Below are positions 36,640-48,246 of a stretch of DNA of 64,000 nucleotides, in pieces (within the stretch, counting starts at the first letter, position 1; the number at the start of each line of letters is the position of its first letter). Source of the stretch: Malacoraja senta (Eukaryota); contig CM075995.1 in the NCBI GenBank assembly GCA_038087875.1, forward strand, positions 3,660,001 to 3,724,000, given 5' to 3'. The translations under genes were made by a program, and so were the position numbers. The notes beneath the pieces were generated by a model that worked only from the letters and a program-made list of their open reading frames with translations, made no database searches and was not told where the DNA came from.

Positions 36640-37555
36640 CTTGGCTTGGATAGAGTGGATATGGAGAGTATGTTTACACTAGTGGAAGAGTTTAGGACTA
36701 GAGGTCATAGTCTCAGAATTAAAGGACGCTCTTTTAGGAAGGAGATGAGGAGGAATTTCTTCAGTCAGAGGGTGGTGAATCTGTGGAATTCCTAGCCACA
36801 AAAGGATGTGGAGGCCAAGTCAGTGGATATTTTTTAAGGCAGAGATAGATAGATTCTTGATTAGTACGGGTGTCAGACGTTATGGGGAGAAGGCAGGAGA
36901 ATGAGTTTAGGATCTTTCTTCAAACTCTAAAGGCAAGAGCTGAGGAAATGTTTATGAGTTGGTAGGAATTCCAGAGATAAGTACGGGGAACGTGTGCTGT
37001 GCAGAAGATGACTGTTGGATTTCCCTGCAAAGAGAGAAGAAGAAGAGTCTCGACCCGAAACGTCACCTATTCCTTTTCTACAGATCCGCTGAGTTGCTCC
37101 AGCTTTTTGTGTCTACCTTGAGGGTAATTTTAAATTTAGACTGTTATTGAACTGAAGAACAAGCTCAGGGGTGATAGCAGAGGACAAGCATGAGGATGCC
37201 AACTAGTGTTCTTCTGGGATTATGCAGGAAACATGTTCCCGATGGAGGGAGACAAGAACCAGAGGCCACAGTTTAAGAATAAGGGGTAGGCCATTTAGAA
37301 CTGAGATGAGGAAAAACATTTTCACAAACTGAGAGTTGTGAATCTGTGGAATTCTCTGCCTCAGAAGGCAGTGGAGGCCGATTCGCTGGATGCATTCAAA
37401 AGGGAGTTGGATAGAGCTCTTAGGGCTAGCGGAATTAAAGGGTATGCGGAGAAGGCAGGAACGGGGTACTGATTGTGGATGATCAGCCATGATCACTTGA
37501 ATGGCGGTGCTGGCTCGAAGTATCTGTTGTCACTGTATCTATTGTCAATATATCT
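36640..37555 (+). mobile_element. Two CR1 3' fragments with an intervening Penelope tail piece
   Basis: FFSQRVVNLWNS motifs near 36760 and 37330. Confidence 0.8.
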
Positions 37556-37828
37556 ATCAAATCTAGAGATAACAAAATTATGGGTGAGGATTTCAGCAGC
37601 AGAAGGGCCAGGACAGTCGCCAAGTTGGCAGATGCTGTGGAAATGGAAACAGCCTGCCTTAGTACAGCACGGATACATTATCTGAAGTTCACCTCGGATA
37701 TGGCACTATGTGAGTCTGCTTCAGTTTCCTGGCAGTTCGCACAGAGCTGGTTGGTAATCACCGACTAGGGAACAAAGTTTGTGTGTAGGAAGGAACTGCA
37801 GATGCTGGTCTACACCGAAGATAGATAG

Positions 37829-38932
37829 GGCGACATGGTGGCGTAGCGGTAGAGCTACTGCCTCACGGCGCGGGTTCGATCCTGACTGCGGGTGCTGTCT
37901 GCACGGAGTTTGTACTCTCTCCCTGTGACTTGCATGGGTTTTCGCCGAGATCCTTGATTTCCTCCCACACTCCAAAGGCAAAGGACAAAGGACAAAGGAC
38001 AAAGGACAATTATTTGTCACGTACACCAATTGGTGTAGTGAAATTTGTCTTGCCATGCAGCACACAGATAAAGATAAGACACAACATTAAAGAATTTAAC
38101 AATAAACATAAAAAACATCCCCCCACAATGGTTCCCATTACAGAGTCCAGTCCCGATCCCCTTGTCCACCCATAGTCGGGCCTATTGAGGCCTCCGCAGT
38201 CGCCGCTACGGGACCCGATGTTTCAGGCCCTTCGTCGGGAGAATCCTCTCAGCGGCTTGGGACACCTAGAGCGGCCGCTTCCTAACTGGAGACCGCGGCT
38301 TCCGAAGCCGACAGGCCGCGCTTGATGGAGCTTCACCACTGGCGATCTCGTCGCGAGATCCCAGGCTCCCGGTGAAAAGATCAGCGACGCCGCCCGCAGC
38401 TGGACGCTCCACAGTCCCGCAGCTCCACGATGTTCACCTGCGGTCTCAGCATTCCGGAGCTCCAGCGCGGCGACCCGGGCAAGGCATCGCTCGCTCCGCG
38501 ATAGCGCTCCAGCGCTGTGCCGCCGCCGAAGCTGAGGTTCTGGGCGGTCCCCGACAGGAAACGCCGCTCCAGGCCCGCTGGTGGGCCGCGAGGACGGGTC
38601 GACGGTGCAGCCCGGAGAAAAGCTGCCTCTCCGACCGGGTAGGGACCCTAGAAAACAGTTTCCCCCTTCACCCCCCCCTCCCCCACATAAAAAAGGCTAG
38701 AACTCCGAAAACAAAAAAACTCAACTAACTAAAAATAAAAAAAAGAGAAAAAACGGACAGCTGCAGGCTGGGCAGCCATACCCATACAGGACGGCGCCCC
38801 CTAGGTTTGCAGGTTTGTAGGTTCATTGCCTTGGTGTAAATGTAGAAAATTGTCCCAAGTGTGTGTAGGTGCGGACTCGGTGGGCCGAAGGGCCTGTCTC
38901 TGAGCTATATCTCTAAACTAAACCAAACTAAA
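37829..38932 (+). mobile_element. HE1-type V-SINE split by an insertion at 37978-38802
   Basis: Head TGGCGTAGCGGTAGAG...GGTTCGATCC. The core breaks at CCAAAG| and resumes at CAGGTTTGTAGG. Tail CTAAACTAAAC. Confidence 0.8.
37978..38802 (-). mobile_element. GC-rich non-autonomous retroposon, copy B, with a (TTTGTCC)n tail
   Basis: Collinear with copy A in the body but has a different 3' tail. Confidence 0.75.
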
Positions 38933-39329
38933 ATGCGGAAGCTTGGCTGCACCTCCATCTTCTACCTCGGGGATTCCAATTCCGATTCTAGATCTCCCAG
39001 TTCGGACCCAATCCAGATTACAGGTACATGTCCCACTGAGTTTCTTCAGCATTTTGTATCCAACAAAGTATGTGATGAAGGCCAAACACTAGAATTTAAT
39101 TCCCCCAGATGGTTATTTGAAGGATTTTTTTATTTATTCAGTGCTGAATACTGTGCAAGGACTGATTGATAGAATTGATTGAAAGATACAGAATAGAAAT
39201 AGGCCCTTCGGCCCACTGAGTCCACGTCGTCCATAGATAACCTACTCACATGAGTTCTGTGTTATCCCACTTTCGCATCCACTCCCTACAGACTAAGGGC
39301 AATTTACAGACGACAATTAACTAGCAAAC

Positions 39330-39885
39330 TTTGGAATTCATTGCCACAGACTGCCCTACAACTATCCATTAATTTGGCCTCCACAGCCTTTGGTGGCAAA
39401 AAATTCCACAGATTTCCCACCCTCTGACTAAATACATTTATCTTCCTCCTTCCTAAAAGAACATCCTTTAATTCTGAGGCTATGATCTCTAGTCCTAGAC
39501 TCTCCCACCAGTGGAAACATCCTCTCCACATCCACTCTGTCTGAAAAGGGGTCTCGACCCGAAACGTCACCCATTCCTTCTCTCCAGAGGTCCCGCTGAT
39601 TTAATCCAGCTTTTTGTGTCTATCCACTCTATCCAAGCCTTTCACTATTCTGTACATTTCAATGAGGTTCCCCCCCCCCACCCCCCTCATTCTTGTGAAC
39701 TCCAAGGAGTACAGGCCCACTGCTGACAAACGCTCATCATAGGTTAACCTACTCATTCCTGGGATCATTCTTGTAAACCTCCTCTGGACCCTCTCCAGAG
39801 CCAGCGCATCCTTCCTCAGATATTGTGCCCAAAAAATGCTCACAAAAATTCCAAATGCGACCTTACCGGCGCCTTATAGAGATCG
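39330..39885 (-). mobile_element. CR1 3' fragment interrupted by a Penelope tail
   Basis: LERVQRRFTRMIPG on the minus strand. A hammerhead-like motif lies at 39541-39570 between duplicated ATCCACTCT. Confidence 0.8.
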
Positions 39886-40479
39886 CCAATGTTACAACAT
39901 AACGCCGGGTGGGCCAGTCGAGGACAAGCCACCGAGAGGACAAAGAGGGGCCCGGCGTGGAGGAGGCACCGAGAACAAAGAGGGTCCCAGCGTGGTGGGG
40001 GGTGGGGGTGGGGGGTTAAGAACACAGAGGGGCCATCAGGGACCACATTGAACACTTTGTAACTTTGTCGGTGTCCTATCCGTGGTGGCTCTTTGCATAC
40101 TTTCTGTCTGGTATGCAAGACAAAGAAATTCACTGTGACATGTCAAGTGTGATAATAAAGTTGCTATCGTATCATGTATCTGTACACTGTGGATGGCTCG
40201 ATTGTAATCATGTATTGTCTTTCTGCTGACTGGATAGCACGCAACGAAAAGCTTTTAACTGTACCTCGGTACACGTGGCAACAAACTCAACTGAATAGCT
40301 GAATCTATCAATGAAAGAGAGACAGGAAGGGAGCAGAGTGAGTCAACTCTGGAATTGCTTCTGATCTAAGTCCGGCGAGCATTGGCAATGGTCGGGCTGT
40401 CTTAACATGCCTCGGCGCGCACTGCAAGGCACGTTGCTTGTGCAAGGCCGAAGAAAGCATAGTACTATGAGCAACTTTG

Positions 40480-41000
40480 GGCCGCGTATCTGAGTAAGGA
40501 TGTGTTAGCTCTGGAGAGGGTCCAGAAGAGGTTTTACAAATATGATTCCAGGAATGAAGAGTTAGAATATGATGAGCGTTGGATGGCACTGGGCCTTTAC
40601 CTGCTGGAGTTTAGAAGGTTGAGGGGGGACCTCATTGAATCTTACAGAATAATGTAAGGCATTAGATAGAGTGGATGTGGAATGGATGTTTCCACTGGTG
40701 GGAGAGTCTAGGACCAGAGGTAAAGGCCGCTCTTTTAGAAAAGAGGTGTGGAGGAACTTCTTTATTCAGAGGGTAGTTAATCTGTGGAACTCATTGCCAC
40801 AGAGGGCTGTGGAGGCCAAGTCAGTGGATATTTTTAAGGCAGAGATAGACAAATCCTCGATAGAACAGGTGTCAAGGGCTATGGGGAGAAGGCAGGAAAA
40901 TGGGATTAGTAGGCAGAGATCAGTCATGATTGAATGGTGGAGTGGGCTGGATGGGCCTAGCGGCCTAATTCTGCTCCTGTAACCTGTGAACTTGTGAATG
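40480..41000 (+). mobile_element. CR1 3' fragment
   Basis: NFFIQRVVNLWNSLPQRAVEA followed by the CR1 tail. Confidence 0.85.
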
Positions 41001-42384
41001 TGTGAAAGCAAAAGCTGGATGCGTTTACTTCAGCTGGCAGCTGAGGGCTTGAATGCCCCGTCATTAGCATGTTAAATGAAGGTAGCCTCACTTTATTTGT
41101 TGCATCCCGTTGCTGGCAATCATAGGACACAATTAGTCCGCGCACAGTATAGTCAAGCCGTGGGTCCCTTTTCCGAAGGGGGGGTGTGGGGTCAATTGAG
41201 ATCCATTGAAGCTTGAAGGGAAGAGTGGGGGAGGGGTGGCGGGGAGCAGTAGAGAAGAATTGGCATTTGATTTTGATAAAGTGTGCCAGATTAATTGCAT
41301 TTGATAATTGTGTTTGTTGGGGTGAGGCATACAGAAAGCTCTCCTTTGTGCGATGCAGCCTGACATATGGGCCATCCCTGCTGCTCACCATCCACCCCCC
41401 ACCCCCCCTCCCTCCACCCCTTCCCCGCTCACCACAAAAACCCTCTCAACACTTGGCCTGACTCCCAGAGAAAAAACCTGCTCTTCCAAGCCACTTCTTT
41501 TTGTGCTTAGACAGTAGAATCATAGAAAGTAGGTGCAGGAGTAGGTCATTCGGCCCTGCGTGCCAGCACTGCCATTCAATATCATCATGGCTGATCATCC
41601 AGAATCAGTACCCTGTTCCTGCTTTTTCCCCATATCCCTTGATTCTGTTAGCCCTAAGAGCTTTATCTAACTCTCGCTTGAATACGAATTTCAGATGGAT
41701 ACCTCTCGGAAATCGCACCTTAAATCCCGGAGCCGGCCTCATTTCACCGCATCCCATGTCATTATTTGGCCGATGAATGCCCGTAATAAAAAATTTTGAA
41801 CGGCCTCCTCTGCACTCAGCAGTCTCTTTGCCACTGCAGCAGCCCTTCACCGCAAATGACATGTTCGGTGATTGTAGTTTGTCTTCAAAACGCTGCCTTC
41901 AGTAAACAGTCCCCGGCCTCTCTTTCTCACCCTCACTTTCTCTCTCTTTGTGAGAGGCAGAATGCTAATAGCGGTAGTTTTGTGATTTTGTTGAGGCGCT
42001 TCTCAGCAAAGCTGTTCTGCTTCTGATTTAACCCTTCGTGGGCGGCATCACAATCTGACGATGAAAGGATTGGAAATTGATTTAAAAGCGGTTCAGTTTA
42101 GTTTATTGTCACGTGTACCGAGGCACAGTGAAAAGCTTCTGTTGCGTGCTATCCAGTCAGCAGAAAGACAATACATGATTACAATCGAGCCATTTGCAGT
42201 GATGGTGGAAAGATGATTAAAACCCAAAATGTTGGAAATACTTGATAGATTAAAAAGCTTCTGTTCGGAGAGAAACAATGTTTCAAGTAAATCTTTTACT
42301 GATAGATGAAACAGAAATTAAATACTCTACTCAGGGGCATAGTCACCAAATGACAACAGGCTAGGGCTTTATTCCCTGAAGGAG

Positions 42385-43030
42385 GTTTAGTTTAGTTTAG
42401 TTTAGTTTAGTTTACTTTAGAGATACAAATCAGAAGCTGGCCCTTCGGCCCACCGAGTCTGCATCGACCAGTGATCCCTGCGCATTAACACTATCCTACA
42501 CACACTAGGGACAATGTACACTTATAACAAGCCAATTAACCTACAAACCTGTACGTCTTTGGAGTGTGGGAGGAAAACAAAGATCTTGGAGAAAACCCAT
42601 ATGGTCACGGGGGGAACGAACAAAATCCGTACAGACAACACCCGTAGTCGGAATCGAACCCGGGTCTCTGGCGCTGTAAGTGCTGTAAAGGGCCTGTCCC
42701 ACTTGGGCGTCATTTGCGCCTCATTTACTCATCATGTAGAAAATTGGTCGACGCATCGTGACGCGTGGGGGGGCGCGTGGGTGACGCGCACATAGCGCAT
42801 GGTGAGGCATGGAATCGCATGTGGTGGCGCGCGGTATCGCGTGTCGCTCCAGGATTTCGTAGTGTACCGAAATCCTCGCGCGCCACCTGAGTGATGTATA
42901 GCTTACACACGCTGACGCATTGGCTACGCATGCTGATGCATTGGCGTCACACGCTGACGCATTGGGGTTGCACGTTGTATCACGTGGTGACGCATGGTTA
43001 CGTCACTGTGCGTCAACGTCCGTAAACAAC
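42385..43030. mobile_element. HE1-type V-SINE (minus strand) abutting a truncated Harbinger MITE
   Basis: The SINE spans about 42385-42688. The TIR AGGGCCTGTCCCACTTGGGCG at about 42689 is the same family as 14632-14875. Confidence 0.75.
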
Positions 43031-44424
43031 GTCCGTAATTTATTGTTACGTGTACCGAGATACAGTGAAAAGTTTTTGTTGTGTGCTATCCTGTCAGCGG
43101 AAAGACAATACATGATTACAATCGAGTCACAGATACATGATAAGGGAATAACGTTTAGTGCAAGTTAAAGCCAGCAAAGTATGTTCAAGGATAGTCCGAG
43201 GGTCACCAATGAGGTATATAGTAGTTCAGCACTGCTCTCTGGTTGTGGTAGGATGATTCAGTTGCCTGATAACAGCTGGGAAGAAACTGTCCCTGAATCT
43301 GGAGCTGTGTGTTTTCACACTGCCCAAAGATAGACACAAAAAGCTGGAGTAACACTGTGGGACAGGCAGCATCTCTGGAGAGAAGGAATGGGTGACGTTT
43401 TGGGTCGAGACCCTTCTTCAGTCTGGTTAGGGATAAGGGAAATGAGAGATATAAACGGTGATGTAGAGAGATAAAAAACAATGAATGAAAGAAATGCAAA
43501 AAACATAATGATGATAAAGGTAACAGGCCATTCTTAGTGTAGGGCGAAAACGAAAGAAGAGAGGGTGGCCAGGGTGTGACTTTACTATAAATTCAAGCTA
43601 TTTCTCTGCATACTGGGTTTAGACAGATTTTCTCCCTCGCTTTTCTTCAACAAACAATTGAACGGTGTGGGGCAGGGTTGTAAGACCACCGTGCTCTAAT
43701 CAGTCAGCTGAACTGCTAGCCAGCTGGGCACATTGAGTTATAAAGGGGATGAAGCTTTTGGCCCAGTGCCAGGAGCATGCTGTCAGCGTCTCTCTTCTGC
43801 TTTGAGGGTGACCTACTTCGAACACAACAAAGTATGAAGGAGGAGTGGGAGCAGGACATCTGAGTCCTTGAGTTTGTTCTGCGGCTCAACAAGTTGATGG
43901 CTGAGACTAGGACTGCAGTCCACTTTCCGAGAGAGTTGCGGATGTAGCCCAGACCATCACTTAAACCAACCTCCCTTCCATTGACTTTATTTTCTCGTTT
44001 ATTACATTGTTTACAGTGTATTATGTTTGCATATTCTGTTGTGCTGCTGCAAGTAAGAATTTCATTGTTCGATCTGGGACATATAACAATCAAAACACTC
44101 TTGACGACTCTTTGCTCTTGATCTGCACTTCACGCTGCCTCGGCAAGTCCACCGGCATGATCAAGGACCCGTCTCATCCCGGTCACTCCCTCTTCTTTCC
44201 TCTCCTATCAGGCAAGAGGAATGGAAGTTTGAAAATGCACACCTCCAGATTCAGGGGCAGTTTCTTCCAAGCTGTTATCAGGCAATTAATCGTCCTCTCA
44301 TCAACTAAAGAGCGGTCCTGACCTCCCATTTACCTCATTGCAAACCTTCGAAGTATCTTTAATCAGAATTTACCGGACGTTACCTTAAACAAAACATTAT
44401 TCCCTTTATCCTGTATCTGTACAC

Positions 44425-44819
44425 CAAAGATCCTATAGCGAGCAAGATAGATCACTCGACGAAAAAGACGTAGTACGGTCATGGGCAGATTCATGGGTAA
44501 TTTTCGGCCCCATTTCCGTAACCGGCTTCCGCCTCCGCACCAAAGATCCCATAGGATACTAGTGCGGAGACGGAAGCTGGTTACGGAAACATCATTACAA
44601 AAATAAAAGTTAGTTGGTAAAAATCTTCTCCTCATTTTCAGAATTTTAATTTATTAACACAAACTGTTCCCCCGCAACGTTGATTACACTGCGAGTCAGG
44701 TCGGGTCGGGTTACGGAAATGGATGAAAAAAAGGCCCACGTTCCGTTCTGTTGCGTACTGTATGTCAGCCCATTGAATTTAGCAGGAGTGATCAATCTTG
44801 CTCCGCTATAGGATCTTTG
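44425..44819. mobile_element. 395-bp MITE with CA..TG ends and an 8-bp TSD (P- or hAT-type)
   Basis: TIRs CAAAGATCCTATAGCG(G)AGCAAGAT and ATCTTGCTCCGCTATAGGATCTTTG. TSD CTGTACAC at 44417-44424 and 44820-44827. Confidence 0.9.
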
Positions 44820-45042
44820 CTGTACACTGTGGGCGGCTTAATTGTAATCATGTGGTCTTTTCGCTGACTGGATAACACACAATAAAAAAGCCTTTCACTG
44901 TACCTTGGTACACGTAACAATATTAAACTAAACTTCACTAAAACTAGCTAAACATGTAATCCCCATATATCTGAAGACCTTCTCGAAAGACTCCAGATCC
45001 TGTCTAAATATCTAATGACTCCATCCACTGGAGTCTGGATGA

Positions 45043-45890
45043 TGGCACTGTGGCGCAGCGGTAGAGCTGCTGCCTTACAGTGCCAGAGACCTGGGTTCAA
45101 TCCTGACTATGGGTGCTGTCTGTATGGAGTTTGTACATTCTGCCCGTGACCATAGGTTTTCTCCGAGATCTTCGGGTTTCCTCCCACACCCCAAAGACAT
45201 ACAAGTTATAGGTTAATTGGCTTGATATTGGCTTGAGGAAGGACATTATAGCCATAGAGGGAGTACGGAGAAGGTTCACCAGACTGATTCCTGGGATGTC
45301 AGGACTTTCATATGAAGAAAGATTGGATAGACTTGGCTTATACTCGCTAGAATTTAGGAGATTGAGAGGGGATCTTATAGAAACGTACAAAATTCTTATG
45401 GGGTTGGACAGGCTAGATGCAGGAAGATTGTTCCCGATGTTGGGGAAGTCCAGGACAAGGGGTCATAGCTTAAGGATAAGGGGGAAATCCTTTAAGACCG
45501 AGATGAGGAAAAACTTTTTCACACAGAGAGTGGTGAATCTCTGGAACTCTCTGCCACAGAGGGTAGTTGAGGCCAGTTCATTGGCTATATTTAAGAGGGA
45601 GTTAGATGTGGCCCTTGTGGATAAGGGGATCAGGGGGTATGGAGAGGGCAGGTACGGGATACTGAGTTGGATGATCAGCCATGATCATATTGAATGGCGA
45701 TGCAGGCTCGAAGGGCCGAATGGCCTACTCCTGCACCTATTTTCTATGTATCTATGTATCTATGATATAAAATGTAGAATTGGCCCTAGTGTGTGTAGGG
45801 TAGTGTTATTGTGCGGGGACTGTTGGTCGCAGCGGAATCGATGGGCCGAAGGGCCTGTTTCCGTGCTGTATCTCCAAACTAAACCAAACA
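45043..45890 (+). mobile_element. HE1-type V-SINE split by a CR1 3' fragment (about 45232-45765)
   Basis: A box TGGCGCAGCGG and B box GGTTCAATCC. The CR1 insert reads RKDIIAIEGVRRRFTRLIPG and closely resembles 3058-3590. Confidence 0.85.
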
Positions 45891-46717
45891 CTGTCATCAA
45901 CACACGTGACAGTGCATGGAGCCGTGACTCAATAGCTCGTGAGAAAGTTAGCCTTCTCACCATTCACACTCTCTCAATCCTGAATGTGTAGTTGGCCCGG
46001 ATTATGCGTTCAAGACCCTTGAGTGAACCTTGAGCCCACCTGCCTTCTAAGTGAAGGGTGAAAGTGTAACTTTTCCATCTCCTTTGCTGGACGCTAATTC
46101 ATGTTGCAGTTGCCAAAAGATCAGCTTTTGGTTTGGCTCATCGGACGCGGCCGCACACACACACACACACACACACGCACACACGCACACACACGGGGCC
46201 TCATGGCTAGAGCTATGCTTCCATCATCACATCAGCTACACTTGGCACAAAGCCCGGGTGACACAAGCTTGCTGGTGTCTCACGAGCTTGTTATCGGAAT
46301 AGAATGCATGCATGAGGTCCCCATCACAAGTGCAATTAGCGAGGATAAATCTTCAGTGCTCACTGATATTCACCAGCCTCTTCAGCCTTGGCCTGGGATG
46401 TCTAATGAGTGGAATGCATGCCCAAAGCCAATCTGGCTTCAATGAACATAACCAGATTTGTTCAGCTTGGTTCAAGCCCCTTAGGTGAACATTGTCATTG
46501 TATTCACCACCGCCATCCCTCCCTCAACCCTTGACCCCAGCACGGACCGCATTGCTGCCTAAAACAAATGAAGATTGTCAGGAAGATAGTGACAGCTTAG
46601 CCATCCAGCTTATCCAGGACTTCTGAAGCAGAGCGAAGATTCATCAGTCTTTCTAGCAAACTGGCTGTGATGTCAAAATCGCCACAGAACAAAAAAGATG
46701 TGTGATGCAAACATAAT

Positions 46718-47038
46718 TAGTTTAGTTTTAGTTTAATTTAGTTTAGAGATACAGAGCGGAAACAAGCCCTTCGGCCCATTGAGTCTGCACCGACCAGCGT
46801 TCCCCGTACATTAACACCACCCTACACACACTGGGGACAATTTTACATTCACACCGAGCCAATTAACCTACAAACCTGTACACCTTTGGAGTGTGGGAGG
46901 AAACCGGAGATCTTGGAGAAAACCCTCGCAGGTCACGGGGAGAACATATAAATTCCGTACAGACAGCACCCGTAGTCAGGATTAAACCCCAGTCTCTAGC
47001 GCTGTAAGGCAACAACTCTAACACTACGCCACCGTGCC
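46718..47038 (-). mobile_element. HE1-type V-SINE, near full length
   Basis: Head CACGGTGGCGTAG, core GGTTTCCTCCCACACTCCAAAG, and a (CTAAA)n tail. Confidence 0.85.
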
Positions 47039-47299
47039 GCTCTTATTTCAATGCAAAAAATACCAATTACAAAAATGCAGCTAAGATGTGAAAACTTCTG
47101 TGCTATTCTGCAGCCTAGGCCTATCCTAAATGTGAGCTTCATCAGTCTTGTCAGATGCGGGTTTGAATGACGAATCTCTGGTAGCTGGGAATAAGAAATA
47201 GAAGCAGTAGGCCTTTCAGCCCCTCTAGCCTGCTCCGCCATTCAATGCCACAGCTGATCTTTTAGCTCATAACTACATTCCAACACAAAAACTCTATCC

Positions 47300-47562
47300 C
47301 TTCTATTGAATTCTCCCAATTCTGCTAGCCCTTGCTGTCCCCTCCCCTTCATCAGCCCTCTGGTTGTCTCCTCCCTTCCCCCCAGCCCTCGGGCTCCTCC
47401 TCTGCCTTTTTTCCTTTCTTCTCCCCACCCCCTATCAGTCTGAGGAAGGGTTTCGGCCCGAAACGTTGCCTATTTCCTTCGCTCCATAGATGCTGCTGCA
47501 CCCGCTGAGTTTCTCCAGCATTTTTGTGTACCTTCGATTTTCCAGCATCTGCAGTTCCTTCT
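47300..47562 (+). mobile_element. Penelope-like 3' tail with the best-preserved hammerhead core
   Basis: CTGAGGA-A-GGGT-TTCG-GCCC-GAAA-CGTT at 47440-47467. Confidence 0.7.
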
Positions 47563-47619
47563 TTAAAACTCTATCCCTTCATTCCCTTCATTCTCTCCAT
47601 ACCAAGAAATCTATTTTTT

Positions 47620-47927
47620 TAGTTTAGTTTAGTTTAGTTTAGAGATAGAGCACGGAAACAGGCCCTTCGGCCCACCGGGTCAAACAGACCAGCAATCCCC
47701 GCTATCGCAGATCAACACTATCCCAAACCCACTAGGGACAATTTTACCAAGCCAATTAACCTACAAACCTGTACGTCTTTGGAGTGTGGGAGGAAACTGA
47801 AGATCTCGGAGAAGACCCACGCAGGTCACGGGGATAATGTACAAGCTCCATACAGACAGCACCTGTAGTCGGTATCGATCCCGGGACTTCAGCGTTGTAA
47901 TGCAGAACTTTTCCGCTGCGCCACTGT
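47620..47927 (-). mobile_element. HE1-type V-SINE
   Basis: Same head, core and tail as 46718-47038. Confidence 0.8.
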
Positions 47928-48246
47928 GGTCATGCTTTGTGTCCTGAGTATATTCAGTGGGTAAACCACCACAACAATGATTCACTGATTCAAAGATTCA
48001 CTCACCCACTCTCTTCATCTCTGGCCTGACTAGCTGATCTCTTACCTTGAACCGGTAAATCCTAGTTTTAGACCTTCAGATTTTTACCATCTGTGCCCCT
48101 CATAATTTTATATACCTCCTTCAGGTCCTTCCTCGACCTCCAATATTCCGGAGTCATAGAGTCATACAGCATGGAAACAGGCCCTTCAGCCCAACTTGTC
48201 CACACCGGCCAACATATCCCACATGCTAGTCCCACCTGCCTGCATT

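Noticed and set aside
45043..45110. tRNA genes at A-box/B-box motifs
   Set aside because: They are tRNA-derived SINE heads that run into the V-SINE core, with no full cloverleaf.
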